A stretch of DNA of 64,000 nt, taken from assembly GCA_014191035.1 (NCBI GenBank), contig BJGX01000001.1, positions 24,187-88,186 on the forward strand, in the 5' to 3' direction. Position numbers and translations under genes: made by a program. Of the stretch, positions 19,681 to 31,175 are shown one piece after another. This DNA is from Candidatus Saccharimonadota bacterium (GTDB lineage: Bacteria; Patescibacteriota; Saccharimonadia; CAILAD01; BJGX01). A model generated the notes under the pieces. The model was not told the origin of the DNA. It did no database searches and was given only the letters and a program-made list of their open reading frames with translations. Within the stretch, counting starts at the first letter, position 1. Each line of letters begins with the position of its first letter.

Positions 19681-21448
19681 AATAAGAAACTTTTGTATTA
19701 TTGCCCACATTGACCACGGCAAAAGTACGCTGGCCGATAGAATGCTTGAAATAACTGGCACGGTACAAAAGCGCGATATGAAGGCTCAATTATTAGACCA
19801 GATGGATCTAGAACGTGAGAAGGGAATTACTATTAAGCTTCAGCCGGTTCGAATGCAATGGAAAGATCATGAGCTGAATTTGATAGATACTCCAGGACAC
19901 GTGGATTTTACTTATGAAGTGAGCAGAAGTTTACAGGCCTGCGAAGGCGCAATATTAATAGTCGATGCATCCCAGGGAATCCAGGCGCAAACCTTGGCTA
20001 ATGTTTATTTGGCAATGGAAGCAAACCTTACAATTATTCCGGTAATAAACAAAATTGATCTTCCGGCAGCCGAGCCGGACAAGGTTGCGGATGAAATCTC
20101 TAGCCTTCTTGGCTGTGGTCCAGAAGAGATTATTCGTATTTCCGCCAAAGAAGGTACAGATGTCGAAAAGGTCTTGGATAAAGTTGTAGAGATGGTGCCA
20201 TCACCAACTGGAAAAGTTGAATCCCCATTAAGGGCTTTGGTGTTTGATTCGGTTTATGATGAATATCGTGGTGTAATTTTGTATGTTCGAATAACTGATG
20301 GTAGCTTAAAGAAAAATGAAGCTTTGACAATGTTTGCATCACAAAAAGATACGATTGCACTGGAATGCGGACACTTTAATCCAACTATGTCTGCCGATGC
20401 TGATTTAACTTGCGGACAAATTGGTTATATCGTAACCAACTTTAAAACCACTGCCGATGCTCGTGTGGGTGATACTGTAATATCTAAAACTAACCCAGCA
20501 GGCGAGGCTTTGCCTGGCTACAAAAAAGTTCGACCATATGTGTATGCAGGCTTTTATCCAACTAGCTCGGAAGATTATCAGAATCTAAAAGATGCACTAG
20601 AAAAGCTGACCCTGAATGATTCAGCACTAGAATACGATCCTGAAAGCTCTGTTGTGCTTGGATTTGGATTCCGAGTTGGTTTCCTTGGACTTTTGCACTT
20701 AGAAATTATAAAAGAGCGCTTGGAGCGCGAATACAATTTGAGCTTAGTGGTGACCAACCCAAGTGTAGATTACAAAGTAATCACTAATAACGGAGTAGAG
20801 ACTGACATTAAGAGTGCTGGTGAATTACCCGATGTAACTCAAATTGTTGAAATCAAAGAGCCTTGGATGAAGGGTGAAATTATTGTGCCTTCAAGATTTG
20901 TTGGTAACGTGATGCAGCTTATCACTTCAATTAGGGGTCTGCAGACTAATCTAGATTACATAGATGAAGGCCTGGCGTTAATTAGTTTTCAGGCGCCAAT
21001 GGCAAACGTATTAACAGACTTTTATGACAATCTAAAAAGCACTACTTCTGGTTATGGATCGTTTAGTTACGACCTGGACGAATACCGAACCGAAGATTTA
21101 GTTAGGGTCGATATTTTGGTCGCAGGTGAGCCAGTAGATAGTTTGAGCTTAATTGTTCATCGTTCCGAGGCTGAAAGAATCGGCAATCAAGTTGTTCTAA
21201 AGCTCAAAGATGTTATTCCGCGCCAGCTTTTCGAGGTTAGCTTGCAGGCTGCTATTGGTGGTAAAATATTGTGTCGAGAAAACATCCGCCCAATGGGCAA
21301 GAATGTAACTGCCAAATTATACGGTGGTGACATTAGCCGTAAAAAGAAACTTTGGGCCAAGCAGAAGGCCGGTAAAAAGAAGATGAAAATGATCGGTAAA
21401 GTCGAAATTCCACCAGAAGCCTTTATGGTAATGCTCAAAAAAGATTAG
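19673..21448 (+). CDS. lepA: Elongation factor 4
   Basis: IRNFCIIAHIDHGKSTLADR, DTPGH, NKID, LepA C-terminus. Confidence 0.97.
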   Translation: MDKIRNFCIIAHIDHGKSTLADRMLEITGTVQKRDMKAQLLDQMDLEREKGITIKLQPVRMQWKDHELNLIDTPGHVDFTYEVSRSLQACEGAILIVDASQGIQAQTLANVYLAMEANLTIIPVINKIDLPAAEPDKVADEISSLLGCGPEEIIRISAKEGTDVEKVLDKVVEMVPSPTGKVESPLRALVFDSVYDEYRGVILYVRITDGSLKKNEALTMFASQKDTIALECGHFNPTMSADADLTCGQIGYIVTNFKTTADARVGDTVISKTNPAGEALPGYKKVRPYVYAGFYPTSSEDYQNLKDALEKLTLNDSALEYDPESSVVLGFGFRVGFLGLLHLEIIKERLEREYNLSLVVTNPSVDYKVITNNGVETDIKSAGELPDVTQIVEIKEPWMKGEIIVPSRFVGNVMQLITSIRGLQTNLDYIDEGLALISFQAPMANVLTDFYDNLKSTTSGYGSFSYDLDEYRTEDLVRVDILVAGEPVDSLSLIVHRSEAERIGNQVVLKLKDVIPRQLFEVSLQAAIGGKILCRENIRPMGKNVTAKLYGGDISRKKKLWAKQKAGKKKMKMIGKVEIPPEAFMVMLKKD

Positions 21449-21506
21449 TTTGTTTTTAGTAATTTATAGTTCTATAATTCTTATAGTAATTAATTAGGAA
21501 ATACTA

Positions 21507-22241
21507 ATGGAAGAATATCAGCAAGTTAAACAAGAGCTTAATAATAAAAAATCAAACAAAGGTTTAATTGCTACTTTAGTAATATTAATAATTCTAGCCA
21601 TCGCAGCAGTTAGTGGTACCTGGTACTATATGAACAATAAAGCCAAGAAAGATAAAAAGGCCCAGGAAGAGCAAATACAACAGCTTCAGAAACAGATTGA
21701 GGATCTTAAAAGTCAAGCTACTACGACTCAGTCTTCACAAACAAAAAGCTATACAACTAAATATGACAAACTTAAATTTAGTTATCCCGCCAATTGGTCA
21801 CTTACTGACAACTCTCAATCAAGTAGTACAGAAGTTTTAAATACATATGGCGTAGTTGGAACAGATAATGTAACTTTAAAAAGCCAAGATGGATTTGAAG
21901 TGATTATATTAAGTGGCGGGTTAGGAGGTTTTGCGTGCCCGCCTAACTCAGCTCAAAAAATAGTTAGTGAAAAAGTTAATATTTTAGATGGCTCATATTT
22001 TCTTAATTATTTAAAGAAAGAAAATAGTAACAATATCGATAGCATTTTTATCGCAACTAAACCAGAACAGTGCGCTAGTGATTTGAGTTCAAAAAACTTA
22101 ATTACAAAAGATACGGGTAAGGGTGCAATTTTATCAGTTACGGCTAAATACCCAAATAATAGCAATATAAATATTGATCAATTAAAAAATGACTCAGATT
22201 TGAAGGACTTTAAAAACTTACTTCAAAGTTTAAGCTATTAA
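21507..22241 (+). CDS. Membrane-anchored surface protein (coiled coil + PsbP-like domain)
   Basis: Single TM, Q/K coiled coil, FSYPANW motif, two Cys. Confidence 0.6.
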   Translation: MEEYQQVKQELNNKKSNKGLIATLVILIILAIAAVSGTWYYMNNKAKKDKKAQEEQIQQLQKQIEDLKSQATTTQSSQTKSYTTKYDKLKFSYPANWSLTDNSQSSSTEVLNTYGVVGTDNVTLKSQDGFEVIILSGGLGGFACPPNSAQKIVSEKVNILDGSYFLNYLKKENSNNIDSIFIATKPEQCASDLSSKNLITKDTGKGAILSVTAKYPNNSNINIDQLKNDSDLKDFKNLLQSLSY

Positions 22242-22259
22242 AAATACAAAAAAGTCTAA

Positions 22260-22286
22260 TTAGCACTCTTGACATGAGAGTGCTAA
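22260..22286 (+). promoter_or_regulatory. CIRCE element 1 (HrcA operator) enclosing a -35 box
   Basis: TTAGCACTC-TTGACATGA-GAGTGCTAA, perfect consensus; TAATAT 17 bp after TTGACA. Confidence 0.95.
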
Positions 22287-22306
22287 TTTTTTAATATAGA
22301 TATTAG

Positions 22307-22333
22307 TTAGCACTCTATGGTGTTGACTGCTAA
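22307..22333 (+). promoter_or_regulatory. CIRCE element 2
   Basis: TTAGCACTC-N9-GACTGCTAA (1 mismatch); overlaps TTGACT-17 bp-TACTAT. Confidence 0.9.
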
Positions 22334-22360
22334 AAACAGTAGTACTACTATATTAACAGA

Positions 22361-23059
22361 ATGAAAAAACGACAAAGCGACATTTTAGCCGAAATTGTAC
22401 GGCTGTATGCTGATAGCGCCGAACCGGTCAGCTCTCGTGAGCTCGCCAATAGCTTCGGGATCAGTTCAGCCACTATTAGGGCAGAAATGTCTGCACTTGA
22501 GGATGCTGGGTATATTTACCAGCCCCATGTATCTGCAGGGCGAGTGCCTACTGATGTAGGCTATAGGTATTTTGTAAACGAATTATCTAACAAGCCTTCG
22601 GTTTCTGGCCGAAGTATCCAGACCATATCAAAGCGAGTCGACAGCCTTAAGGACAGAACAGATGGAGCAATTAAGATTGCCGCCGAGACCTTGAGCGAAA
22701 TGACTGGAAATATGGCCTTTGCTACTCTTAGCGATTCGGTTTACTTTCATGGAATGAGCCAGCTATTTAGTCAGCCAGAGTTCTTGGATGTAGCCCAGGT
22801 TGGTCAAGCAGCAAGATTTCTAGACGCCATGCAGGGATGGCTTGCAACTGCCGATATCGATAAGATGCAAGTTTATATCGGTAACGAAAATCCAGTAGCT
22901 CGTGCCAGTGGACTTACGATGATAGTAAATAGATTTAGTAGTCCGTATTCGGACCGAAGCTATATCGGAATTGTTGGTCCTACCCGCCAGAGCTATGAAA
23001 AGGTTTTGAACCTGGTAGATGGTACAAGTAAAGCACTTCAGGAAGTATTTAGTGAGTAA
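22361..23059 (+). CDS. hrcA: Heat-inducible repressor HrcA (short form)
   Basis: SSATIRAEM, QPHVSAGRVPTDVGYR, GIVGPTR; CIRCE upstream. Confidence 0.93.
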   Translation: MKKRQSDILAEIVRLYADSAEPVSSRELANSFGISSATIRAEMSALEDAGYIYQPHVSAGRVPTDVGYRYFVNELSNKPSVSGRSIQTISKRVDSLKDRTDGAIKIAAETLSEMTGNMAFATLSDSVYFHGMSQLFSQPEFLDVAQVGQAARFLDAMQGWLATADIDKMQVYIGNENPVARASGLTMIVNRFSSPYSDRSYIGIVGPTRQSYEKVLNLVDGTSKALQEVFSE

Positions 23060-23062
23060 TTT

Positions 23063-23578
23063 ATGAAGCAGAATCCTAAAATGAAAAGAAATATTAGAGA
23101 CAAGACTGCCGAGTACGAGCAGAAGATTGGTGAACTAACCGAATCTTTGCAACGGCTTCAGGCAGAGTTTGAAAACTATAAAAAGCGCCAAGCCGAAGAG
23201 CAGGCCGCTACTATGGTTCGTGCTAAAGAAATGGTCTTAACAGAGCTTTTGCCTGCGCTAGATAATTTTGATTTAGCTACATCGCATTTGCCAGCCGAAC
23301 TCGAAAGCAATTCTTGGGCGCAAGGCATGCAATATGTTGGCCAGCAACTTACCCAAAAGCTTGATGAGCTTGGGGTGAATAAGATTATGCCAGCAGGTGA
23401 GCAATTTGATCATAATTTTCATGAAGCAATTGAGCATGTCCAGTCTGACAAACCGGAGGGCATCATTACCGACGTGATCACTCCGGGTTATCAGATTGGA
23501 GATAGGGTTGTCCGGCCAGCCCGCGTAAAAGTAAGTGGCGGAAGTAATAATTCAAATAAGCAACAAAAGGAGAATTAA
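23063..23578 (+). CDS. grpE: Nucleotide exchange factor GrpE
   Basis: AEFENYKKR, FDHNFHEA, GYQIGDRVVRPARV. Confidence 0.95.
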   Translation: MKQNPKMKRNIRDKTAEYEQKIGELTESLQRLQAEFENYKKRQAEEQAATMVRAKEMVLTELLPALDNFDLATSHLPAELESNSWAQGMQYVGQQLTQKLDELGVNKIMPAGEQFDHNFHEAIEHVQSDKPEGIITDVITPGYQIGDRVVRPARVKVSGGSNNSNKQQKEN

Positions 23579-25489
<1,911 letters not shown>

Positions 25490-25512
25490 CAAGTAGTTGC
25501 TAATAAGTCGGT

Positions 25513-26436
25513 ATGAGTAAACGAGACTACTACGAAGTTCTGGGTGTAGATAAGGGAGCATCCCAAGAAGAAATCAAAAAAGCCTTTCGCAAAAAGGCTG
25601 TTGAACTACATCCAGATCGTGGTGGCGATGAAGCTAAATTCAAGGAAGCTAATGAGGCCTATGAAGTCTTAAAGGACGAACAAAAGCGCCAGGCCTATGA
25701 CCAATTCGGGCATGCAGCGGGTGCTGATCAGGCTGGCGGGGGTTATGGTGGTGGTAATCCTTTTGGTTCTGGCTTTGGTGGCTTCAATGGGCAGGGCTTT
25801 GATCCAAATGAAATTCGTTTTGATTTTGGCGGGGGCGGCGGCGGACTTAATGACATATTTGATATGTTCTTTAGAGGTCAGCAAAACCGTACTCGCGATG
25901 TCGAAATGACACTAACAATTGATTTCCAGGAAGCTGTAAAGGGCGTTACAAAAGAAATTAGTTTGCGAATAGCCGATAATAAAAATGGCGGTCGCAAGCA
26001 GGAAGATGTAAAGATTAAAATTCCTGCAGGCATAGATAATGGCCAAGCTATTAAGCTTGAAGGAAAAGGCGAAATAAATCAAAACGGTGACAGAGGAGAT
26101 TTGTATGTGCGCATTCAGGTTAGACCAGACCGTAGATTTGAGCGCGAAGGTAGTAATATAATCAGTAAAATAAAGATTACAATGACTCAGGCAGCACTTG
26201 GTGATGAAGTTCCAATCGAAACAATTAAGGGTGAAGTCAAATTCAAAATCCCAGCCGGCACTCAGCCAAATAAGATTTTTAAATTAAGTGGCAAAGGCAT
26301 GCCCATATTAAATACTGATAGGCACGGTGACCATATTGTTATTTGTGAAGTTGAAGTTCCTACTAAGCTAAATGCTAAGCAAAAAGAGCTGCTTAAAGAA
26401 TTTGACAAGACAATTAAAAAACGTAGATTTTGGTAG
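25513..26436 (+). CDS. dnaJ: DnaJ-family co-chaperone without zinc finger
   Basis: J domain with HPD, G/F region, C-terminal domains; no CxxCxGxG repeats. Confidence 0.88.
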   Translation: MSKRDYYEVLGVDKGASQEEIKKAFRKKAVELHPDRGGDEAKFKEANEAYEVLKDEQKRQAYDQFGHAAGADQAGGGYGGGNPFGSGFGGFNGQGFDPNEIRFDFGGGGGGLNDIFDMFFRGQQNRTRDVEMTLTIDFQEAVKGVTKEISLRIADNKNGGRKQEDVKIKIPAGIDNGQAIKLEGKGEINQNGDRGDLYVRIQVRPDRRFEREGSNIISKIKITMTQAALGDEVPIETIKGEVKFKIPAGTQPNKIFKLSGKGMPILNTDRHGDHIVICEVEVPTKLNAKQKELLKEFDKTIKKRRFW

Positions 26437-26437
26437 T

Positions 26438-27598
26438 TTAGCCTACAAAAACACCATTTATAAAAAGAATCATTAAGACAATAGACGCAATTGCAGAAGA
26501 AATAATATAAAGCCAAAATATCCAGCGGTTCTTACTGAAGAATATTGATAAACAAATAATTATTGGAAAAACAACCATATAATAACGACCTATACTTTCC
26601 ATTGTCCCAGTGAGTAATGGCAATACAAAGTTTAATATAGAGAAAACAATATAGCTTGCCCTTATTTTATACTTATAAAAAAGGTATATTACAAAGATAG
26701 CCATTGCAACTATCAGTAAACCCAAAATGTCATTTGGCTTTATACTTTTAAATTTTATTAATTCTATTATGGGATCAAAAATAGAGCTTAAAAAAAATGG
26801 CGTAAATTTACGGTCAGGCCAACTAGTTCTGTAAGCCTCGAAGTATAAATAAAGACCCCCTCTAAACATCTGAATATAAATAAAATATAATATTGCTCCT
26901 AGCGGGGTAATTACAACCCAGAGAATTTTAGGTAAAGATCTTTTTATTGACCAGTTACTTTGGTTTAAGAATTCAACAAAAAGTGCGGGAGCTAATAGGA
27001 TTCCTGGAAGCCTAATTGAACTAGCAAAAATTGCGATGATACAAGCTAAAAGCCACCTCTTATTACGAGCGAAATAAAAAGAAGAGATTATAGCTAGTAA
27101 AAAAATAGATTCTGTATAAAGAGATAAGAAGAAAAAACTGAAAGGAAATAAAAGCAGTATAAATTGAGAGTATTTCGCTACCTTTCCTTGATAATCAATT
27201 TTTATTATTTTCTTTAAAAAATTCAATGAAAAAGCAAGGCAGAAAACATTTAATATAGTACCAATAATGATTATTGAAAAAACATTGTCAGTAAATAGTC
27301 TGAAAGGGTAAGATATGTAGCGAATAATTATTGGGTAAAATGGAAAGAATGCAGTAACGCCTATTCTTGCATTTTCATACCCGTCCTTTGCAATGGTCAA
27401 ATAGCTACTAGCATCAAATAGACTTAACCCTCCAAAAATTTTACCCACCAAAGAATTCTCATATATTGGACGAGTTTTTAAGGGGGTCATAAAGTTATAA
27501 GCAATTATACTCAAAATTAAATATGATAATACCCAAATCCATAAATATTTATTTTCTAATGATTCCTTAATAAATTTTTTCGCTGAATTTATTATCAT
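26438..27598 (-). CDS. GT-C mannosyltransferase (PIG-V-like)
   Basis: FDASSYLTIAKDGY, AFFPFYP, YTESIF, RLPG motifs; many TMs. Confidence 0.8.
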   Translation of the reverse strand: MIINSAKKFIKESLENKYLWIWVLSYLILSIIAYNFMTPLKTRPIYENSLVGKIFGGLSLFDASSYLTIAKDGYENARIGVTAFFPFYPIIIRYISYPFRLFTDNVFSIIIIGTILNVFCLAFSLNFLKKIIKIDYQGKVAKYSQFILLLFPFSFFFLSLYTESIFLLAIISSFYFARNKRWLLACIIAIFASSIRLPGILLAPALFVEFLNQSNWSIKRSLPKILWVVITPLGAILYFIYIQMFRGGLYLYFEAYRTSWPDRKFTPFFLSSIFDPIIELIKFKSIKPNDILGLLIVAMAIFVIYLFYKYKIRASYIVFSILNFVLPLLTGTMESIGRYYMVVFPIIICLSIFFSKNRWIFWLYIISSAIASIVLMILFINGVFVG

Positions 27599-27663
27599 TT
27601 ATATATATTAACAAATATAATTTACAATGATGATTATAGAAACTATACTTTTACATAAGTACT

Positions 27664-28140
27664 ATGAAATTTGGTTTTGATATTATATTTTTGTCCATAA
27701 TCGCTGCTTCAACTGTTGGCTGCTTCTTTTTGGGAGAAGAAAAATCCCAAAGATTAATGATTGGCACAATTGTTGGTGTGGCTGCTTCAACTCAGCTATT
27801 ACAGCTACTAGATAAAGTAAGCTTTTTGAAGGTTAATTATGCAGGAGTTGGAATGAACGGATTGCTTCTTTTGCTGCCAATTTTAGTTGTTCTTTTAGGT
27901 AAAAATACAAGAGATTCAAAATACCCAAAAAGTAAAATTAAGGCCATGATAGCAGGGTTTTTATCTAGCTTTACAATTCTAGGATATTTCATAGCTAACC
28001 TTCAAGATTCAACAAGGGAAAATATCGTTACGGAATATAACCTTGCTGCAATGGCTTATGATCTCAGAATTATTGCCTTAGCACTGGTAATTATCTGGCT
28101 TTTCGTAATGTACTTAACAGTTGGTAAAGCTAAAAAATAG
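27664..28140 (+). CDS. Membrane protein, unknown function
   Basis: About 5 TM segments. Confidence 0.6.
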   Translation: MKFGFDIIFLSIIAASTVGCFFLGEEKSQRLMIGTIVGVAASTQLLQLLDKVSFLKVNYAGVGMNGLLLLLPILVVLLGKNTRDSKYPKSKIKAMIAGFLSSFTILGYFIANLQDSTRENIVTEYNLAAMAYDLRIIALALVIIWLFVMYLTVGKAKK

Positions 28141-28249
28141 TTGACTAAAACCTATTTTTATCTGTAAAATTGCTGAGTTACATTTAATTCTATTATTTAA
28201 GTAGTTTTTGAATTAAAATTAAAGTATAACCATTAAGAAAGGAGGTATT

Positions 28250-29155
28250 ATGAAAATACTGATACTTTCAAGACCGAACAGAAAAAACGGTGCCGAAAGA
28301 CTTTTAGAAGCAGCCCAGAAGCGCGGTCATGATGTTAGAATTGTTGATTACACCAAGTGTTATTGCAACGTAGTAAAAAGTAAGCCACAAGTATACTACG
28401 AAGGAAAGCCACTTGAGGGAATTGACGCAATAATTCCACGAATTTCTATTTCTAGCCAGGCCTACGGTAGTGCCATCATTCGTCAATTTGAGATGATGAA
28501 TGTCTTCTCTACCACTGGCTCATTAGCATTTATTCGTACCCGAGATAAACTTCGAAGTATGCAGCTTTTGGCTAGACACGATATTGATATCCCAAAGACA
28601 GTCGTAGCTAACAATACTGGCGCAGTAGATGAACTAATCGCTATGGTCGGAGGCGCTCCACTGATTGTAAAAGTCGCTCGTGGAAGCCAAGGAATGGGAG
28701 TGATGCTTGCCGAAACCCGCAGTGCGGCTCGTGCAATTATCCAGGCTTTTTACTCTCAAAATGTTAACATCTTGGTCCAAGAATTTATTGAAGAATCAAA
28801 GGGTGTGGATATTCGCGCTTTTATTGTTGGAGGAAAGATTGTCGGTGCAATGAAGCGTCAGGGTCCAGAAGGTGAGTTCAGATCAAACATTCACATTGGT
28901 GGGCATGGAACTGCAATTAAATTAACTAGAGCTGAACGCCAAATGGCATTAGGTGCTGCAAAGGCGATGAATTTAGATATCGCAGGTGTAGATTTGCTCC
29001 CTTCAGAACGTGGACCACTTGTAATGGAAGTCAATGCGTTTCCGATGTTTGGTGCCATAGAAGAAGTAACAAAGCATGACATTGCTGGTAAGATGATTGA
29101 ATACGTTGAAGACCATGTTCCAAAGAAACGGAAGAGAGACAAGGTAGGAGCCTAG
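28250..29155 (+). CDS. rimK: RimK family ATP-grasp alpha-L-glutamate ligase
   Basis: DAIIPRI, RDKLRSMQLL, GSQGMGV, QEFIEE, FRSNIHIGG, GVDLL, EVN. Confidence 0.9.
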   Translation: MKILILSRPNRKNGAERLLEAAQKRGHDVRIVDYTKCYCNVVKSKPQVYYEGKPLEGIDAIIPRISISSQAYGSAIIRQFEMMNVFSTTGSLAFIRTRDKLRSMQLLARHDIDIPKTVVANNTGAVDELIAMVGGAPLIVKVARGSQGMGVMLAETRSAARAIIQAFYSQNVNILVQEFIEESKGVDIRAFIVGGKIVGAMKRQGPEGEFRSNIHIGGHGTAIKLTRAERQMALGAAKAMNLDIAGVDLLPSERGPLVMEVNAFPMFGAIEEVTKHDIAGKMIEYVEDHVPKKRKRDKVGA

Positions 29156-29196
29156 AAGGCAAACCGTAATTAAAGTTTCTAAGGTAATTTAATTCT

Positions 29197-29796
29197 GTGA
29201 AAATTTTACTTATTAACAACAATACTCATTACAAAAAAAGACTTCAAAATCTTCTAGATAAGCATGACCTGACCATAATTAACTATGATGAAGTAAAGGG
29301 TTATGACATTGATCCTTTCGATGTAGTTGTACTTTCTGGCGGAGGAATTGAGGCGGAGGGTAGAAAGCGCTCATTAAAGAGGTTTACTCATCTTTATGAA
29401 GACCAGATTGAAATGGTCCAGCAAGCCAAAAAACCTATTGTTGGTATTTGCTTGGGCTGTCAAATTATTGGTTTTGCCTATGGCGCTGAATTACATAGAA
29501 GCTTTAAGGAACGCAGAAAAGGACTATTCCCAATCGTTGCTATTCAGAGAAATAAGGTTATGGCCGGAAAAGAAGAAGCTATGGTGTTTCAATCTAATCG
29601 TTGGATCATCACCGAACTTCCAGATGAGTTACGTTGTGTAGCTGCTTCTAGCGAGGGAGTAGAAATTATAAAACACAGGACCAAGCCAGTTTGGGGCGTT
29701 CAGTTCCATCCAGAACGCGAAAGACCAGACGGTGAAGGCCGTAAAATATTTAACCGAATACTCAAGAGAATTTACGAAGAGGAGATTGCTTCTTAA
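29197..29796 (+). CDS. Stand-alone class I glutamine amidotransferase
   Basis: LSGG, GICLGCQ, GVQFHPE; Cys-His-Glu triad intact. Confidence 0.88.
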   Translation: MKILLINNNTHYKKRLQNLLDKHDLTIINYDEVKGYDIDPFDVVVLSGGGIEAEGRKRSLKRFTHLYEDQIEMVQQAKKPIVGICLGCQIIGFAYGAELHRSFKERRKGLFPIVAIQRNKVMAGKEEAMVFQSNRWIITELPDELRCVAASSEGVEIIKHRTKPVWGVQFHPERERPDGEGRKIFNRILKRIYEEEIAS

Positions 29797-30481
29797 AATC
29801 TTTAGTTGAGTAATAGAAGTTGGTAATAATTTTTTCTGCTATTTCGGGGTTATATCTTGGTGGCTTGTTTACATTCGTAAACCACCTAAAGGGGACTCTT
29901 CGTTTGAGCCAATGTGATACCACTTCCTTACCGTGAAAGTCGGTGTATTCAGGGTGGAATTGTACTCCAAAAATTGGCTTCGACTTATGTTCGAAAGCCT
30001 GAATGTTAATTCTGTGGCTATGAGCTGTTTTACGTAATTCGCCTGGCAGATGTCTTACTGATGATTGGTGATTCTCAAATGCATAAAATTTATTTGGTAC
30101 ACCTTTGAATATTCTGGAGGGGCTAGTTCTATAAATTCTTGTCCAGCCAATCTCAGGGTGTTCAAAGTGATCAACACTTGTAAGATCTGATAGTGCAGCA
30201 ACAATCGCTTGAAAACCAAAACATATTCCTAGCATTGGTACACCTTCTCTTTCTACTTTATTTATGAATGGCCTAAGTCTGTGGTAAATAATATTCATGC
30301 CATCCACATGCGATCCCGAACCGGTTAGGATAATGTGACTATAAGCATCGAGGTTCTTTGGAAGGGTCCTTTCAATAGGATGTATTACGCTGAATTTAGA
30401 ACTAAAATGTCTGTGGAATTGGCTACAGCGAAGACATTTTTTATGTACAGAATTATCAACAATGAGTATTTTTTTAGTCAT
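29762..30481 (-). CDS. Stand-alone class I glutamine amidotransferase / gamma-glutamyl hydrolase-like
   Basis: ILTGS, GICFGFQ, EIGW, GVQFHPE. Confidence 0.88.
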   Translation of the reverse strand: MTKKILIVDNSVHKKCLRCSQFHRHFSSKFSVIHPIERTLPKNLDAYSHIILTGSGSHVDGMNIIYHRLRPFINKVEREGVPMLGICFGFQAIVAALSDLTSVDHFEHPEIGWTRIYRTSPSRIFKGVPNKFYAFENHQSSVRHLPGELRKTAHSHRINIQAFEHKSKPIFGVQFHPEYTDFHGKEVVSHWLKRRVPFRWFTNVNKPPRYNPEIAEKIITNFYYSTKDFKKQSPLRKFS

Positions 30482-30583
30482 TAAGTAATTATATCAAATA
30501 ATAAGCATATAAATTTTAACCTTGAAAATTTTGCAGATAAAATATATAATTCTCGCTTACAACTAGACCTTAAAGGGGGAGCG

Positions 30584-31159
30584 ATGTTGTATGCGGCTTT
30601 TAGTACCTTAATGAATTTTGAAGACTTGGAGCGTTTTCCAAATGCAAAAGGCCTAGGAAAGTATGGCCTTGAACTTGAAAACTGTGGTGTCCACAGAATT
30701 AGAGGTTGGAAGTTTGATTATTTTAGAATCGATGGGGCTTGGAATTCGGAAAGCTACCCAGACATTACAAAAGATGATGATGACAGTATTTTTGCTCTCA
30801 TTATTGATTTTCCTCCTAGGATTTTCAATTCAATTTGTGAACATAACGGAATCTACTCTGGTCATTACAAATTCGACTATATTAATGTCGATAGTCTTGG
30901 CAGAGAAGCTCTGACTATTCGACTTTCTCGCCCTTCTGAAACTGGCAAGCCTCATTTTCAGACAGTTATGAAAATTGTAGATAATGCTTTGTCGTGTGGT
31001 GTCGATATTAGATACATCAATGAAGTAATTATCTCCAAGGCAAAGCTTGACAATAAAGATGCAACATTCTTTTTTAACGAAGATAATTATTCACCACAAG
31101 CCGATAAGTCCTGTGAAGTTATTCGTGAATGGTTTTTGAATAACAAAAAAGCCACCTAG
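30584..31159 (+). CDS. Divergent gamma-glutamylcyclotransferase (GGCT/AIG2-like) protein
   Basis: MLYAAFSTLMN ~ YFAYGSNM; RFPNA; EHNG..GHY ~ DxxEG..Y; GKP...IVDNALSCGV..YI ~ GGCT C-terminus. Confidence 0.6.
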   Translation: MLYAAFSTLMNFEDLERFPNAKGLGKYGLELENCGVHRIRGWKFDYFRIDGAWNSESYPDITKDDDDSIFALIIDFPPRIFNSICEHNGIYSGHYKFDYINVDSLGREALTIRLSRPSETGKPHFQTVMKIVDNALSCGVDIRYINEVIISKAKLDNKDATFFFNEDNYSPQADKSCEVIREWFLNNKKAT

Positions 31160-31175
31160 TTTATAGGTGGCTATT
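31145..31175. terminator. Bidirectional terminator
   Basis: AGCCACCTA/TAGGTGGCT stem between convergent genes. Confidence 0.7.
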
